Position numbers and translations under genes: made by a program. This document shows positions 1 through 12,600 of a stretch of 64,000 bases of DNA, piece after piece; position 1 is the stretch's first letter, and each line of letters opens with the position of its first letter. The DNA comes from Psammoneis japonica (Eukaryota): positions 62,001-126,000 of the forward strand of contig QPGO01000102.1 of NCBI GenBank assembly GCA_008632985.1. Direction: 5' to 3'. The notes below the pieces were generated by a model. It did no database searches. It was not told the DNA's origin and saw only the letters and a program-made list of their open reading frames with translations.

Positions 1-1641
1 TGTTTCCGTTGACAATGTCCTCAATATCGAGGAACACGCTCCGCTCCCCGTTTGGTAGAATCAGCTGTATCCTTCCGATCTTTTCAGATACAAGCATTTT
101 CCCGTCTATCAGCTCTACGAAACCATTGGGAGTAACAAATCCCCCCGAAAGGAAGGTTTCGGGAACTAGCTGCCCTTTCCCACTCACGTCGGGAGCTCGA
201 GGCAAGATACCGCCGTCGATAAGTTCTGGGATTTCGTTGGCCGTAAGAGCCCGATTATAGATTCGTACCTCGTCGATGTGACCTTCGAAAAAGTTGTCGA
301 CATATCCGATGTTGACCTGATTATGTGGAAAGGGCTTAAGATTGCGAAAGGAGTCAGTTGAGATGACCTCTCGACCATTGACGTAAATGGTGAACGTAAC
401 ACCGTCGAACGTCACGGCAATGTGATTCCACTCGTTCAACCTCAAAACTGGAACTGTGGTTACAGCGTTCCAGTTGGTTCCGTCTCCGAAACCTGCTTGG
501 ATCTTATCCTTTTCGAAGACATATATAGACGGGTATCGAGCAATGGCGCTTCTAAAATCCTCAAACCCGATGATCCCGTGATAATTCCTATCCGTGGACT
601 TTGGTTTTATCCACAGAGACTGACTGTACGGTCCAGCACTTAGGTCAAGACCAGGACCACTGACAGTAACGTAGTCATCGATACCGTCAAAAAACATGCT
701 TTGTTTATTTTTCACAGTCTGGAACTTCGGTCGAGCGGGGGACTTGCGCGGAAAGCTGATACGAGTGCCAGCGTTCCTATTCTCGCTCGAATCCTCCACT
801 ACGTCGTTGGAAGGTTGCTCGAATTTCCAGAACCCAACCAAATCAGGCCCTGACTCATCATCGGTGATCGTTATTTCGGCGGTACGTGGCACGCCAAGCT
901 CCGCACCAAGAACTCCGAAAAGTGAGACGGAAAACTTTTCAACGTCCTCCTTTTCATTGTCGTTGATGAGAGGAACAACAATCTGACCGGTAGTTTGGCC
1001 GTTGGAGAAGACAACCTGGCCATCATCCTGAGGAACATAGTCAACCCCTGCGGTCGCCGTACCAACCCCAGCGGCAGTTTGGTAACGAACTACAGCCTCC
1101 CCAAAACTGCCTCCGGTGCGGACCAGATCAATCAGTACTTGGCCATCCGATTCCTTGACAGTCACCGAGTTTATGCGTAGGGCAATTCTCCCCGGGTTTG
1201 AACCCTCTTGACACTTTCTGCATTTTCCTTTAGGTCGATCGCACCTGCACACGCCGCAATCGGAATGCTTCCTGCACTCGTTAAACTTTGGAGCACACAT
1301 ACGAATCTTTTTCTTTACTAATCTTTTGCAGAAGAATCCATCAGAACAGTCGGCATGCTTCTGGCACTCCTCATGGTTAAGGTTCCTGTTTTTGTCGATC
1401 ATCGGAATCGACTCCTGTAAAAACAATGTTTGGCGAACGCATGAGCAAACCAACGGAATCACAAGTCGAAATACGTTTTCTCCGCATAAAAGCAGCTGCG
1501 AAAGAAAGGGAGGGAGTAGGTTACCTTTCGAAGGTACCGCGTTTCGTCAACCACGGTCGCATTTTCTGTCGCATCGACAATGACGGTGAGAACAGCCATT
1601 AGAAGCATGCTGATGTCCAGGAGAAAAAAATATGAGCGCAT
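1..1641 (-). CDS. Secreted multidomain protein: signal peptide, two Cys-rich repeats, Calx-beta, LamG/ConA-like domain, start of a glucose/sorbosone-dehydrogenase-like beta-propeller (3' end outside window)
   Basis: Manual translation: ATG 1641 (MRSYFFLLDISMLLMAVLTVIVDA), GT-AG intron 1524-1415, ECQKHADC..ECRKHSDC repeats (1-bp frameshift in A-run near 1325), Calx-beta-like VRYQTAAGVGTATAGVDYVPQDDGQVVFSNGQT...EKFSVSL...AEITITDDE, LamG-like LVGFWKFE...FFDGIDDYV...WNHIAVTFDG...FEGHIDEVRIYNRAL, then GKMLVSEKIGRIQLI. Frame is open to base 1, so it is missing from the ORF track. Confidence 0.8.
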
Positions 1642-2079
1642 CTTGTTGGCGTTCGCGGGTTCGCTGGAGAAGATAACGTTGGGTATCGGTGATACAGATG
1701 GGTCGATCGGATTTTTGTGATATAAAAGGAAAAGACTTTTGGTGCACAAATGAGAAGCGTTCCACTTTTTCAGCTGCGTTGTGTGATCATCTTCTGATCT
1801 TAGGATTGGATCTTTAGCTTGTTTAAGCCAATGAAAATCTATTGCCCCACAATAATTTTGCTGCGCATTTAACAATTGAATGTCGTTTAAGGCGCCCCAG
1901 TCAGATCATCTGCCCTGCCTTTTGTCATTCTACTTATGGATCATAGTACCAACATTTAAGCCTTGCTTTGTTTAACGGAATGACTCATCCAGCTTTTCTG
2001 GAAGAAGCACTACGACTGCTAAGTAGTAACTCACAGCGGTTTGCCGCGTGAGAACGGGGGGCGTGTTTGTCTGTGCGTA

Positions 2080-3793
2080 CAGCAAGAAAAATTTTGCATC
2101 ACACATCTGAACGAGAAAAATGCACTGGGCCACCACCGCGCTCATTTTTTTGTTGCAAACAGAGCGAACATCAACATGAAATGACAAACACGTGTTGCAT
2201 TTCATGAAAACATCCCGACCCGGGAAAAAATGAGATGTGTTGTTGTTCTTCATCGTGTGTCGTTGAGGGGGAAACACGTCATTTTCCCTGGGTCTGAGGG
2301 TTGGCTGGCCAGCGGCAGCTGTTGATTCCCAGAGTGAGCATTTGTGTTGGTTTGTTGTTTTCAATGTGGTGGTGCGCATCCTTGCTGACATTCTTCCAGT
2401 GGTGTCTCTGGTTTTGGCCCTCTGTGCAGCGTGTCTCCTGCCGCGGCTGGGTGCTGGGCGTGCTGCTGTGCAAAGCTCAGTCAGAAGCTTGCAGCAGCAA
2501 AAATGAGTGGCCACTCTTGCCAACACTGAGACGAGATTCATGCTGCAATGCCGAGACAAAAAAAAAACAGGCTGGGCTGTGCGAGAGTGGACGAAAAGCT
2601 TCTCCTGGCATGCGCTGCTCTGGCTGCTCTCTTGGCACTTTGGCCAAAGCTTGGCGCAACAGTGTTGAAAACTTCTGATGGACCTTTTCCAAGCTTGGTC
2701 CAGTCAAATCCATCATTGTGCTCAAACACCTGCAGGGGAAGCCTGGGCTGATGATGGTCAGCTGTGGCGTTGATCGCTCTCCAGCTGAAGTTGCCGCTGC
2801 GGCTTGCCAGCTGGGCCAGCGGTGCAGCAGAGCTGGCAACTCCCCACAAGTTTTTGTCTGACCAGAAAGGTGCCCTTTAAAGTGCAAAAGCAAGACAAGC
2901 TGCCGCTTTCTCTGTGAGCCAAAGATCCACACACCATTGGTGATGAGCCGTCATGCAAGCAAGCTTGCCAGATTGGCCTCACCACATGAGTGAGATCTCA
3001 ATGGTTTGGATGGCCAACTGACATGATGCTTGGTTTGCACTGCAAATGGCACAACACTGTGTGGTCTTTTGGCTGCATTTTTGGGCATGAAGCTCTGGCA
3101 AGTCCTCAGATGTGCTGAAAAATTCAGAGCCATCCTCTTGCACATTTGGCTCACAATTTGCACCAGCGTGCAAGCTCATCATGATGGCTGCCTTGTTCAT
3201 GTGCTCATGCTTGAAGGCAAGAACTGGCACAAACAGCAATGTTGTCTCATGGTGCTCAGTGCCAGCTTGGCTGTTGTTGTGCCAGGAGAGGAAAGAAAAC
3301 TCAAGAAAAAGGTTTCTCCTGCTCAGCTGCTCATGAAGCAGCTGGTTGCCATGCTCTGGCATTTTGCATCAAAAACACATCTGCTGTTTTGAAACGAAGC
3401 CCAAGTGAAGCCTCTTGTGCCTCCAAAACAAAAACAAACAGATGTGCCAAAGTCAGCTGTCATTGGGATGCAGCTGGAACTTTTGCAACATTGATGGCAA
3501 TTTTTGTGTGTGGCAAAGTGTGCTTTCATGCACTTGGTGCATGGCTGCATGTGCACAAAGTGCCCTCACTTTTCCGACTTCTGCCATCAAAATGAAATGA
3601 CTCATGATGCAGAGAGCTGGTCTTCAGGTGCAAACAAATGAACCCATGTCCAAAGCCTTCCCGACTTCTTGAGGCTCAACATCACCCAACCAGTGCAAGC
3701 ACCGATGTTCATGGTGTTGACATGGCCATGGTGTCTTTTGCAGTGATTCCCGTGTGTCGAAGAGGGACAGGACTGAAATCGGAAAACGTGACA
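2080..3793. other. TpA-depleted hypermutated island 1 (degenerate repeat or element, origin unidentified)
   Basis: Manual read finds one TA (TTAA at 2877-2880) in about 1.7 kb. TG/CA-rich, with Tyr-free Cys/His-rich spurious ORFs in all frames. Confidence 0.85.
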
Positions 3794-4041
3794 TACACAG
3801 AATGACCGAATCCGTATCGAGAATGGACGCAGCGCTATGCACTGACGAAAATAATGAAGTCTGATTTGATTGCTGCCCGCATCAGTAGAAATTGTAGTAA
3901 CTTTAGACGGCACCCTTTACACATGCACCCATAGATCTGAACCACTACGACTGGGGACAAAAAGCAGGACCACGTCCCATGTACTAATCAGATCTCTTTT
4001 TCATATCTGACTATCTTATAACCCAAATATTGATTCAAAGT

Positions 4042-4138
4042 TTACGTTGATTCTGTTTTCACTTCTGGAGCTTCATTCGTCGGCTTGTTTTCTGCAGCTT
4101 CGTTCTTGGCAGGTTGTGCCGGTGGTTTGTCATCTGCT

Positions 4139-4209
<71 letters not shown>

Positions 4210-4747
4210 CGGTTTGGTTTGTCATCTGCTGGTTTATCCGATGCTTCCGCTTTTACTGGTTGCTCCGTTGGCTTCTCGGCAGGAGTATCCTCTAGAGGTG
4301 TCTGTGCGGGCTTTTCAGAAGGCTTGTCAGCGACAGCTGTCTCCGCTGGTTTGCTGTCTTGCACCGTTTGTGCCGTTTGGCTGTTGGGATCCGCAAGTGG
4401 GGCTGCCCCAGGTTTTTTGCTTTCAACCTTTCTCCGAAGTTCTTCAGTCGTCTCAGCGATTTCTGTTTCATGCATCTTGATATCTTCTTTCAATTTATCA
4501 AGGTCTTGAATAGCCTTATGACGCAAGCTTGGAGTTGTTCCGGGGTGGTGTCTTCCTTCTCCTTTAAATCCAGGTACTCCACCCCAAAGGCTTTCTTACG
4601 AAGCAAGATTGCGTATTCCAACTTCTTGATGTACGCTTGCTCTTTTGTATTGGAGCAGCATGCAAAGATGGATGCACACAAGTTGGAGCAGCTCCTAGTG
4701 ATGTGCTCAATCAAAGTCTCTTCGGTAGGTTCCGACGACGACGCCAT
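4042..4747 (-). CDS. Hypothetical coiled-coil protein with Pro/Ala/Lys/Asp-rich tail; interrupted by a frameshift near 4515 and a poly(A) run
   Basis: MASSSEPTEETLIEH...EQLQACV joins KAIQDLDKLKEDIK...KPADDKP; after the A69 run it reads KPADDKPPAQPAKNEAAENKPTNEAPEVKTEST-TAA (4042-4044). Confidence 0.55.
4141..4209. repeat. T69 homopolymer flanked by a 21-bp direct repeat
   Basis: TGGTTTGTCATCTGCTGGTTT occurs at 4123-4143 and 4215-4235, either side of the run. Confidence 0.9.
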
Positions 4748-4968
4748 GGTGATGCACGAAACGAAATATTCTGAAACGACGAGACGAAGTGAGTCTTGCG
4801 CATGTTGATTGAGTCTTGTTTCTTCGTGTCGGAGGGAGTTTTTGCCATACATTTTCTACGTAAAAATTGCGTTGGCCTTGTCATGCGTTGAGCAATAGAG
4901 GAAACGAGCAGGAAGACACACCCTCAACGAATGTACTGAGCTAGTAACACATGATAGCGTAGAGCAAG

Positions 4969-6652
4969 ATGTCTTCAGATGATAATGACAGCAATGACTA
5001 TCGTCTTGTTGAGATTGACATTCCGGCAACTCCTGACGCTTCCTCCAGTAGCAGTAGTGGCGTAGGTTTGTGGGTCTGGGAGGCTTGGGCGGAGCCCACG
5101 AAGCGGCTCTTCGCTTTCATCAGGAATCCGCCACACCGGCGATAAGCTCGTTGGAGTCAAACCGCCAATTTCCAGCGCGGTCAAAGTGTTTTTCAGAGCT
5201 GCCTTTATCCCGTACTCCACGGTCGTTGGAAGGCGGGACGATTCATGAATGTCAGTCAAAAATACATATGTAGAGCTGTTCTGTGGCATGCGACAACTAT
5301 TGGAGAATCAACCGAGGATGCGGCGCTTCATACGCGAGCCGACATTTGTAAGCAATGTCAAGCCGGTCCTATAGTCACAATCATGAACCCGAGAGCTTTG
5401 ACAGTGGCACAATTAGACATCGATGATCCGAGCAACCTGATTTCTTCGACTCTTGAAACTTATCAACAAGTCGAAGGGTATGGACCCGAGATGATATTTT
5501 GCCCCATAGATACATATTGGACAAACGCATGGTCTGACTTGGTTGATGATAGAGACGATACGGAACGGCGATTGTGCAGTGCCGTAGCAGAGGCACGGGC
5601 CGACGAACAGGCATCGCCGGTGACATTTATTCGAGTCAAGTTGTGCCAGCAAGAATACTTGGCGGGGCGTCTTCTTTCCATTCCTGTCCAAGCTGCAAAT
5701 GACAGTGATGAAAGCAGAAGGCTCGTTTAATGATTGTCTTGTTTGCCTACAATGCTCATCAGCAACTCGAAGATGCCGCTATTGAGAATGTGCTTTTGCA
5801 AGGCGCCGAATGGGCCGGGCATTCGAGAAATTTGGAAAGCTTCTTGGCTTTTGCTCTAACCGCAACGGATACTGATAGTGCAGCTGCTTTGTGCGCTGTA
5901 TCTTGTAACAAAGTATTGGAACTGCTGGAAGAAATGAAAGATCGTTTGGCATGAATGATACACGCTTTGTATGCTGCCATCGATACTACGGGCAATGACG
6001 AGGACGATCATCCCAATACTACTGACAGCACCGCCGTTTGGTTGTCTACACAGACGTATCCTTTCCGCCTTGGGCAGCATGGTCATTCTCGATGCCGTAT
6101 TGGAAGGTTTGCACTCCATTGGCCAGCTCGGTGATTTCTGCAAGCTGCCCAACGAGCCTACCAAGTTCGTGACACACATTCTAGTCTTAAACCTCCTGAC
6201 TTGTACTTGACGCTCGCCTTGTCACCCAAAATGGCACAATCCAGTTGCCTCGCGTCGATCGCAGCACTGAAGCCGTTCTGCAAAAGATCCGGACCAAGAT
6301 AGCCAAAGAATGTTTAGATGACTTTGGCAACTTCTTGTCGTCGACACCTCCATCATCCGCTTTAGAAGTATTACCGAATAAAAGGGGGGTATCAAACTCC
6401 AACATGGGTCAGAAGGGCGTTTGGAGAGAGAAATGGAGGATGAAATGCAATACCAGGATAAGACGCCAATGGGCGAACAACATGGAAATTGTCAACGCAC
6501 ACATGTTTGTCCAAATTCGGATCGACACTGCTTCTTGCATGTGGCTAATGAATTCTACGATGCATAGCTTCAAAGCAGAATGTGGTACGACAGAAGCTTT
6601 GTGGTGGCCAAGGCTACGATTTGTAGGAAAATGGATGACAAGTCTGCAGTAG
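4969..6652 (+). CDS. Probable hypothetical gene fragmented by several frameshifts
   Basis: Successive protein-like + strand ORFs abut or overlap in different frames (MSSDDNDSNDYRLVEIDIP at 4969; 5245-5730; 5730-5954; 5971-6210; 6245-6652). No recognisable domain. Confidence 0.35.
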
Positions 6653-6857
6653 CTTTCTAGAAGACTTATCCATCAGGTCGTTGCACCAGCCACGCGCATC
6701 ATTCGAGACAGCTACAAGCAAGTCCACAAAATTACACGCCGCGAAAAATAGTTGCTGGGCTGTCGGTGTGCGGTAATTTTTCGAAGTTGTCACTAACTCG
6801 CCATAAAATGGCATCTGCTCAATCCCGATGCAAGTAGCAACACGGCTCTGCAATTAT

Positions 6858-9423
6858 CTAGACAGTCACAATTCGCGTCTCGTAAAACGGGTCGTCGTGT
6901 TTGGCCTTGCTTGCGTCCTTGATCTGGGGATCGAATCCATCCATGAATCCAACCTGAACAAAAACGATACAGCAACGACGACGACGACTGACTTGTCAGT
7001 AATTTCAACGATGATTTTTGGCATAGCGCTGATAAGCCATCTTACCATTAGCATACGGGTACCGCTTGTAATATCAACGCCTTTGTGAAATAGAGCTCCT
7101 GGGTGAACAAGAACTTGGCCCTGACGAAATGTCGAAGCGAGGAGTACAAAAAGGTTGGTCAGAGATGTGTCCTTTCAATTGTAAGAACATTCCATGTTCA
7201 ATACGACTCACCATCTTGAGCTTGATTGTCTTCCTTAGACAACGAAAGTATGTCCCACCTCCGACGTAGTCGTCCTCCTTAGATAGCATAAGCTGCCAAG
7301 TAATGTGACAACCATCACTGCGAGACAGAGAATGAGAACAGTTGGTGAGACGAGCCGATTTCAAACGTGCATCCTTCGAGGCTATTATAGTACGAACGTT
7401 ACTTACAAGTGCATCGCCACGCCGGTGTGTTCTCTGCAATGAAAGATGAAAACGTGTCGTCAGAGTCACGGGTAAGAAAGATGAAATAGCAAACTCCACA
7501 AAAAGGGGATCGAGCTTACTCCAACCCTTCCTCACGTTGATAGAGGAGGACGTGAGGTTCTTTCCAGCTACGGGGTCGTAGGTTATTGGCCGCACGCTTT
7601 CGCCCATAGACCTTGCCAATTACTTTCTTGGTGCTGTTCATAATGTGCTGGACAAGGTCTTTGATGGATTTTACCTCACTGCAAGGGAGATCCATCTTGG
7701 TGTACGTGTAGAGCGTACGCCACATCATGTCGGTGTCTCCTCGAAGTTCGACTTGTTCTAGGTGCTCATCCAACAACTGCCGGATGAGCATGCACGTCTG
7801 CTCGCGCAACATGTCGATGACGAAAACCTTCTTCGTAGGATCAATCATGGTGACCTTGAATCCACATACATACGAGACAGTTGGTCCATCACGTCCCGGT
7901 TCGCAACTATGTGATTGAGGAGCACATTGAGGTGCATGGGTCGAGCGAGACCTCTTGTCACGTCTTGGAGCGTACTTAGCAACGTTGACACTCGAGCGCT
8001 GCGGAAAGTACCTGGTTGTATCAATGTAGCCCTCGTGAGGAGCGTGGAACGGGTTTGCTGCGGCGGCCGGCATGTATTCTTGGGTTGGCCAGTGAAGATT
8101 TGGGCGCATCAATCGTGGATCGTTGCTCGTCGGAAACACGTGTTGTCCTTGATGAAGCATCGCGTTCGGGTACGGGTGGAAACTAGGCTGAACCGCATTG
8201 TAGGGAGTTTCGGTAGGACCTCCTGGGGGCAAGTACTGATACCCGGACATGAGCGAACGGGCACTAATGAATCGCGGCCCTCGGAAATGTGAGTTGAAGG
8301 CCACGGGCGGTGGATTAGATACGGTGACGCGGAGCCCACTCGTCTCTTGCGCTTCTTCCTTTCCCCGGCTTTTGTTGCCTCCTGTACCTCCGATGCAGCG
8401 AAAGACACTCTTCACTGGCGGCGTGATTTCCGATGCAATCGACTGTTCAGACACTGTTGAAGTTGCGTCGCTCGTTTTGGCGGATCCACTCAAAACGATG
8501 TTTGAATCCATGCATGCACGTTTCTTCAGTTCCGTTGAATGCTGCTTTTGAGAAGTGGCCTCTTCATTATTTCGGCGAGACGGGGGCTTTTTGATACCTG
8601 ACGCGCGAGTAGCTTGAGTCGTCTCGTTTGTCGGCTTCTGTGGTCGCCTCGACGACTTGTTGGATGCGCCACCACTTTGCCGAGACTCTATCGTTGAATC
8701 CTCCGCCGACTTGCCGACACATTTCCTTGATGTACGTCGAGCTTGGATGGATTCGTTCTGCGTCACGAGCTTGCTCGGCTGAGGTTCCACGAGGCTATTG
8801 ATACCGCCGCCACGGTCAGATGTAACCTGGGTACGCGAGTACATCACTGAAGCAACCGTCGTTGCGGTGGGTCCTTTGCGTTGCTGCTTGTCTCGTATTC
8901 CTCGCTTCTTGTTTCGATGGCTTGGCTTCTTAGTTTCCGTGGAATTACTCGTAGCACTTGTAGGGGCTTCTACGGACCGGTGGGTCGCCTCATCGGTAAT
9001 GGACGCCGTGGCGGATACGCTGACACGAGCCGTTCGTTTGGACCGCAGTGCCTTTGTCGTTGCTGCTGATGTGTTGCTACTCTTTGTCACAGTGGGGAGA
9101 TCGAGAGGTGCGTCGCTCGTTGCGTTTTTGCTTGATGTATCGGCGGAATTGAATTGCGTTGTTGAGGCGGCGACGTTTTGCTCGCGGAATTCGGGCGAAC
9201 GACTTTGGTCGCGACGAGCTATAAACGAGGCGGAAGTGTGAGACGAAGACGATACTGATGCGGATATGGAGTGCCGAGATCCCATGGAGAGGTTCAAGAG
9301 ACTGAAGACGTCAAGAGCAATGACAGCGGCGGTGTTGTGCGGTGTGTCGGGCGCGGTCTGTGAGCCGAGCTTAAGATCGCTGTGGCGGGAAAAGAGCTTC
9401 GTAGGATTTGTACTTAATCCCAC
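6858..9423 (-). CDS. 2OG-Fe(II) oxygenase (prolyl/lysyl-hydroxylase-like C-terminal domain) with long disordered N-terminus; 5 exons
   Basis: Exons ~9423 (first ATG 9285)-7520, 7433-7407, 7317-7212, 7120-7046, 6953-6858 joined by GT-AG introns give ...EEHTGVAMHFDGCHITWQLMLS..YVGGGTYF..GQVLVHPGALFHKGVDITSGTRMLMVGFMDGFDP: HxD...H iron triad plus the 2OG-binding Arg. Confidence 0.85.
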
Positions 9424-9684
9424 GTAGAAACGCTACGTTGATTCTACGTGACGATCTGCTACAAAACACGAGCTCGAGCTCGAGTTCGAGTTCTCCTTCT
9501 GCGCAGGATATCGTTCTCGTCTCGAGACCATGGCGGTATCTTTGATGCACATCCGTCGTTGGGCCTTATTGAGTGACCATGGTGCTTCACCAAATAACTC
9601 ATTTTATCTCTCGCCCGCCACATGCAGCTGAAACTTGCAGTTGCGAATATTCCGTTTTAACTTACTTCTACGTTGTACGGTAGC

Positions 9685-12600
9685 TCAACTTGGTTGCACC
9701 CCTCTAGTCACTTCCATTTCGAATTCGAGTAACATTTTGTTGGTCACCTTGATCTGGAGCGCGCACGCAATAAGAATATCAGGATTCAGCAATGTCGCGT
9801 CGGGAAAGGTATTGAGATAGGTCATCATGCCCTCGAGTTCGTGATTCAACAGGATAGGCTGGCTCAGAAACAAAATAGCTGTACCGACACGGAAAAATAT
9901 TTTAAAGCTGCGCTCCACAAGCCAAATATCCCACATGTGACAAACGGTAGCCGAAGGCATGGATGGTAGGTACAAAAAGAGCGTTTGAAACCATCCAAGA
10001 GCAAACAGACCAATGTTCAGCTCGTGGTGTTCAAAATGATCGGCGAGTACCGGTAGTTTCATTTGTATCAGTTTTTCAAACACTCGACAACACGTCTTGA
10101 GACAGCGAAGCTCGGGCCAGTACATGTGTCGCAAGTTGTAGTTCGTCAGGAATCGGTCCATGACGAGAAACACAGTCTCTTCCACGATCAAATTGTGTTC
10201 GGCTGAATGAGTGCGCATGATTACGGCTGGAAGCGTTCCACGAAAAGACTGTAGTAGTACGGTCTCTTGGAGCACTCGAAGAAGATGAGCGACGACATAA
10301 TCCATACCCTGGCAATATCCGACGTCCTCGTGAGCAGCCGCCAAGGCGTAAAGAATGAAGCCGAGTTTGTTTTGTAGTTCAACTTTCATGTCGGCTGTGA
10401 GAGCGTTGCCGCTAGGGCGAGCTCTTCTGCAGTAGCTTCGCTGATGGCACTTGTGTCAGAAATATTGGACGGACTTTTCGCTCGCTCGGCTGCTCTTCCT
10501 GCTTCACTTCCAGCGGGAGTGCAAGCGCTTATACAACTTCCAACTGGAGAGATACCTCCCCAATCGCTCACTGTATCGGTCGGCGTTCGGCTGACATCAG
10601 AAGCGTGGGACGCATCGTCGCCGGTATCCCATGGAGGAGGGCCAGTGGAAGGGCGTGGCTTTGACTTCTTCTTGCGGCTTACCGTCACTTGATACTTCAG
10701 GAATGGGTGACTCGTCTCCTCCTCCCTTCACCCCTCGTTTCATCACCCGACTCTTTCCCCAAGTGACGAGGGCGCGAACTATAGAATCTGTACGCAGTCT
10801 AGCCCCGGTCTTGTGCGGCGGCATGTTACCGAAAGAGCGTGCGACATCTCGCTGGATAACGTTATGCCATTTCCCTTCGCGGCCAATACGCTCCAGTGCC
10901 AAGACATCAACAGTGTCGCTTTGGCCAATGGATTCTCTTTCGTTTGCTCCAATAGTGTCCGAAGAGTCGTCGTTTCCGTGCAGGTCGAGTATAACCCACA
11001 ACCAAAACGCCGGTCTCAGATTCATACTCAGTCCTCCTAGACGGACTGCATCTCGGAATGCCACATGAGCGTTCTCCTTCAGTATTCGTCTGCAATACCG
11101 GTTTACCATCATCATTCTGCATAATGCCTGAGGATCGCCAAGAAAGTATAGAAAAGCAAGTAGGAGGCTTGGATTATCATGAACAGTAGTTTCAAACGGA
11201 TTTGGACCATCATCGGGTTGGATAAGATTCCGTTTGAGTGGAGTTTGATCAGGAGATGAAGGATGGTGTGGTTTCACGCTGTCCACGTATTGGTGAGTGG
11301 AAAACTCAGATCGTCCCGGTATTGAACTAGGGGACATTAAGCCATGCAAGAGCTCTGTCGTTCTCGTACAAATACGGCAGCGTCGAAAAGAAACTTCACG
11401 ATGACCACGACATCTCCCTTCGGATGACCAAAGACAATATCCTGCATCGACTTTTCGTCAGCTTCGATTGGCATTGCGTCGCCGGGTCTTTCAATTGTCT
11501 GATTCATTGAAGAGGCGACGATTTCACTCATGAAAGGGTTGTCGTCACCAAACGGTAACGGCACCAGTGTCCATTGCGATAGTCGCTGAAGGAAACTAAC
11601 GAAGTTGGCGGCCAGTACAGTTGGTCGAGAAACGTTCGTGTCTGGTGTAAGCTGAAATGGTATCAAAATCTGACCGCTTTCGTCGGTGTAGGTCTTAAAT
11701 ATTGACAAGCCTGAGTCAGAGGAAAGCGCAGAGAGAATTGGCGGGCTTGAAGGATTGGATCCTATGTGTTCATTTACATAGTCGGAAGCATACTGACAAG
11801 CTCTGTTCAGGTTGTCATTATCTTGAAGCAACGTTCTCATTGCAACAGAAGGCTTCTGGTGCATTTTGATCTGTAGTTTCATGGGGTACCAACAGAACTT
11901 CTTCTACTAACCACCGCAGCAACTGCTCGTCTTCCGATGCAACAACAGCATCCGTTTGAGGTCGCGGGGCTCGTTTAAACTGTCGGAAGAAGGCAGAGCT
12001 AATTGCTCAACTTTATCAGAGACCGATCCTGAGTCTGATCCATACGCAAAGTTGGAAGCCGTCCAGGAACTAAAGGCCCCTCCCATGAGATCTATCCCTG
12101 TGTCGTGGGCCTCGTCTAGATTTGCGGTGTCGGGAGCCGCTCCGTTGCGCTTATCGACTATCCCAGGACCGACAACCTTAGATGCACGGGTGTTGGTTCC
12201 ATGCGCACCAACGGAGTTGGTCGTTCCTAAACAATTGTCCGCCAGAGAATCAGGAGAGCAAAAGAAACCAGTATCAGGCTGCTGCAAGGGCTCCTCTGTC
12301 GATTGCAAGTCGTTTTGATCGCTACGTGGTCGAGACTCATCATAGCCTGCCGACGCCTTTGCCACTGCATATTGCTCCTCAAAAGTTTCGCAGCAATTGA
12401 GCTAGCAAGAGCAAGTTTTTCTGCCATTTTCGATGAGGATCCACCGACAGCACTCGATGACAGCGCGGGAGAGTGGACGTCAACCGTAGCCGCGGAAGTG
12501 TCGTGAGATTCATGCGACTTCTCTTCGGCGATGAGATTTTTCGGCTGCTGATGCGTTTGAAAGGAACCCTCTTTCCCCCACTTCTTAAGCTTTTCTTCGA

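Noticed and set aside
1972..3600. Many overlapping Cys/His-rich ORFs as novel small proteins (also 28.6-31.1, 46.4-50.4 and 57.6-58.8 kb)
   Set aside because: They arise because TAA and TAG stops are erased with TpA. They occur in all six frames and show no recognisable domain.
4047..4526. Poly-Lys or poly-Phe proteins
   Set aside because: Simple translations of the T69 run.
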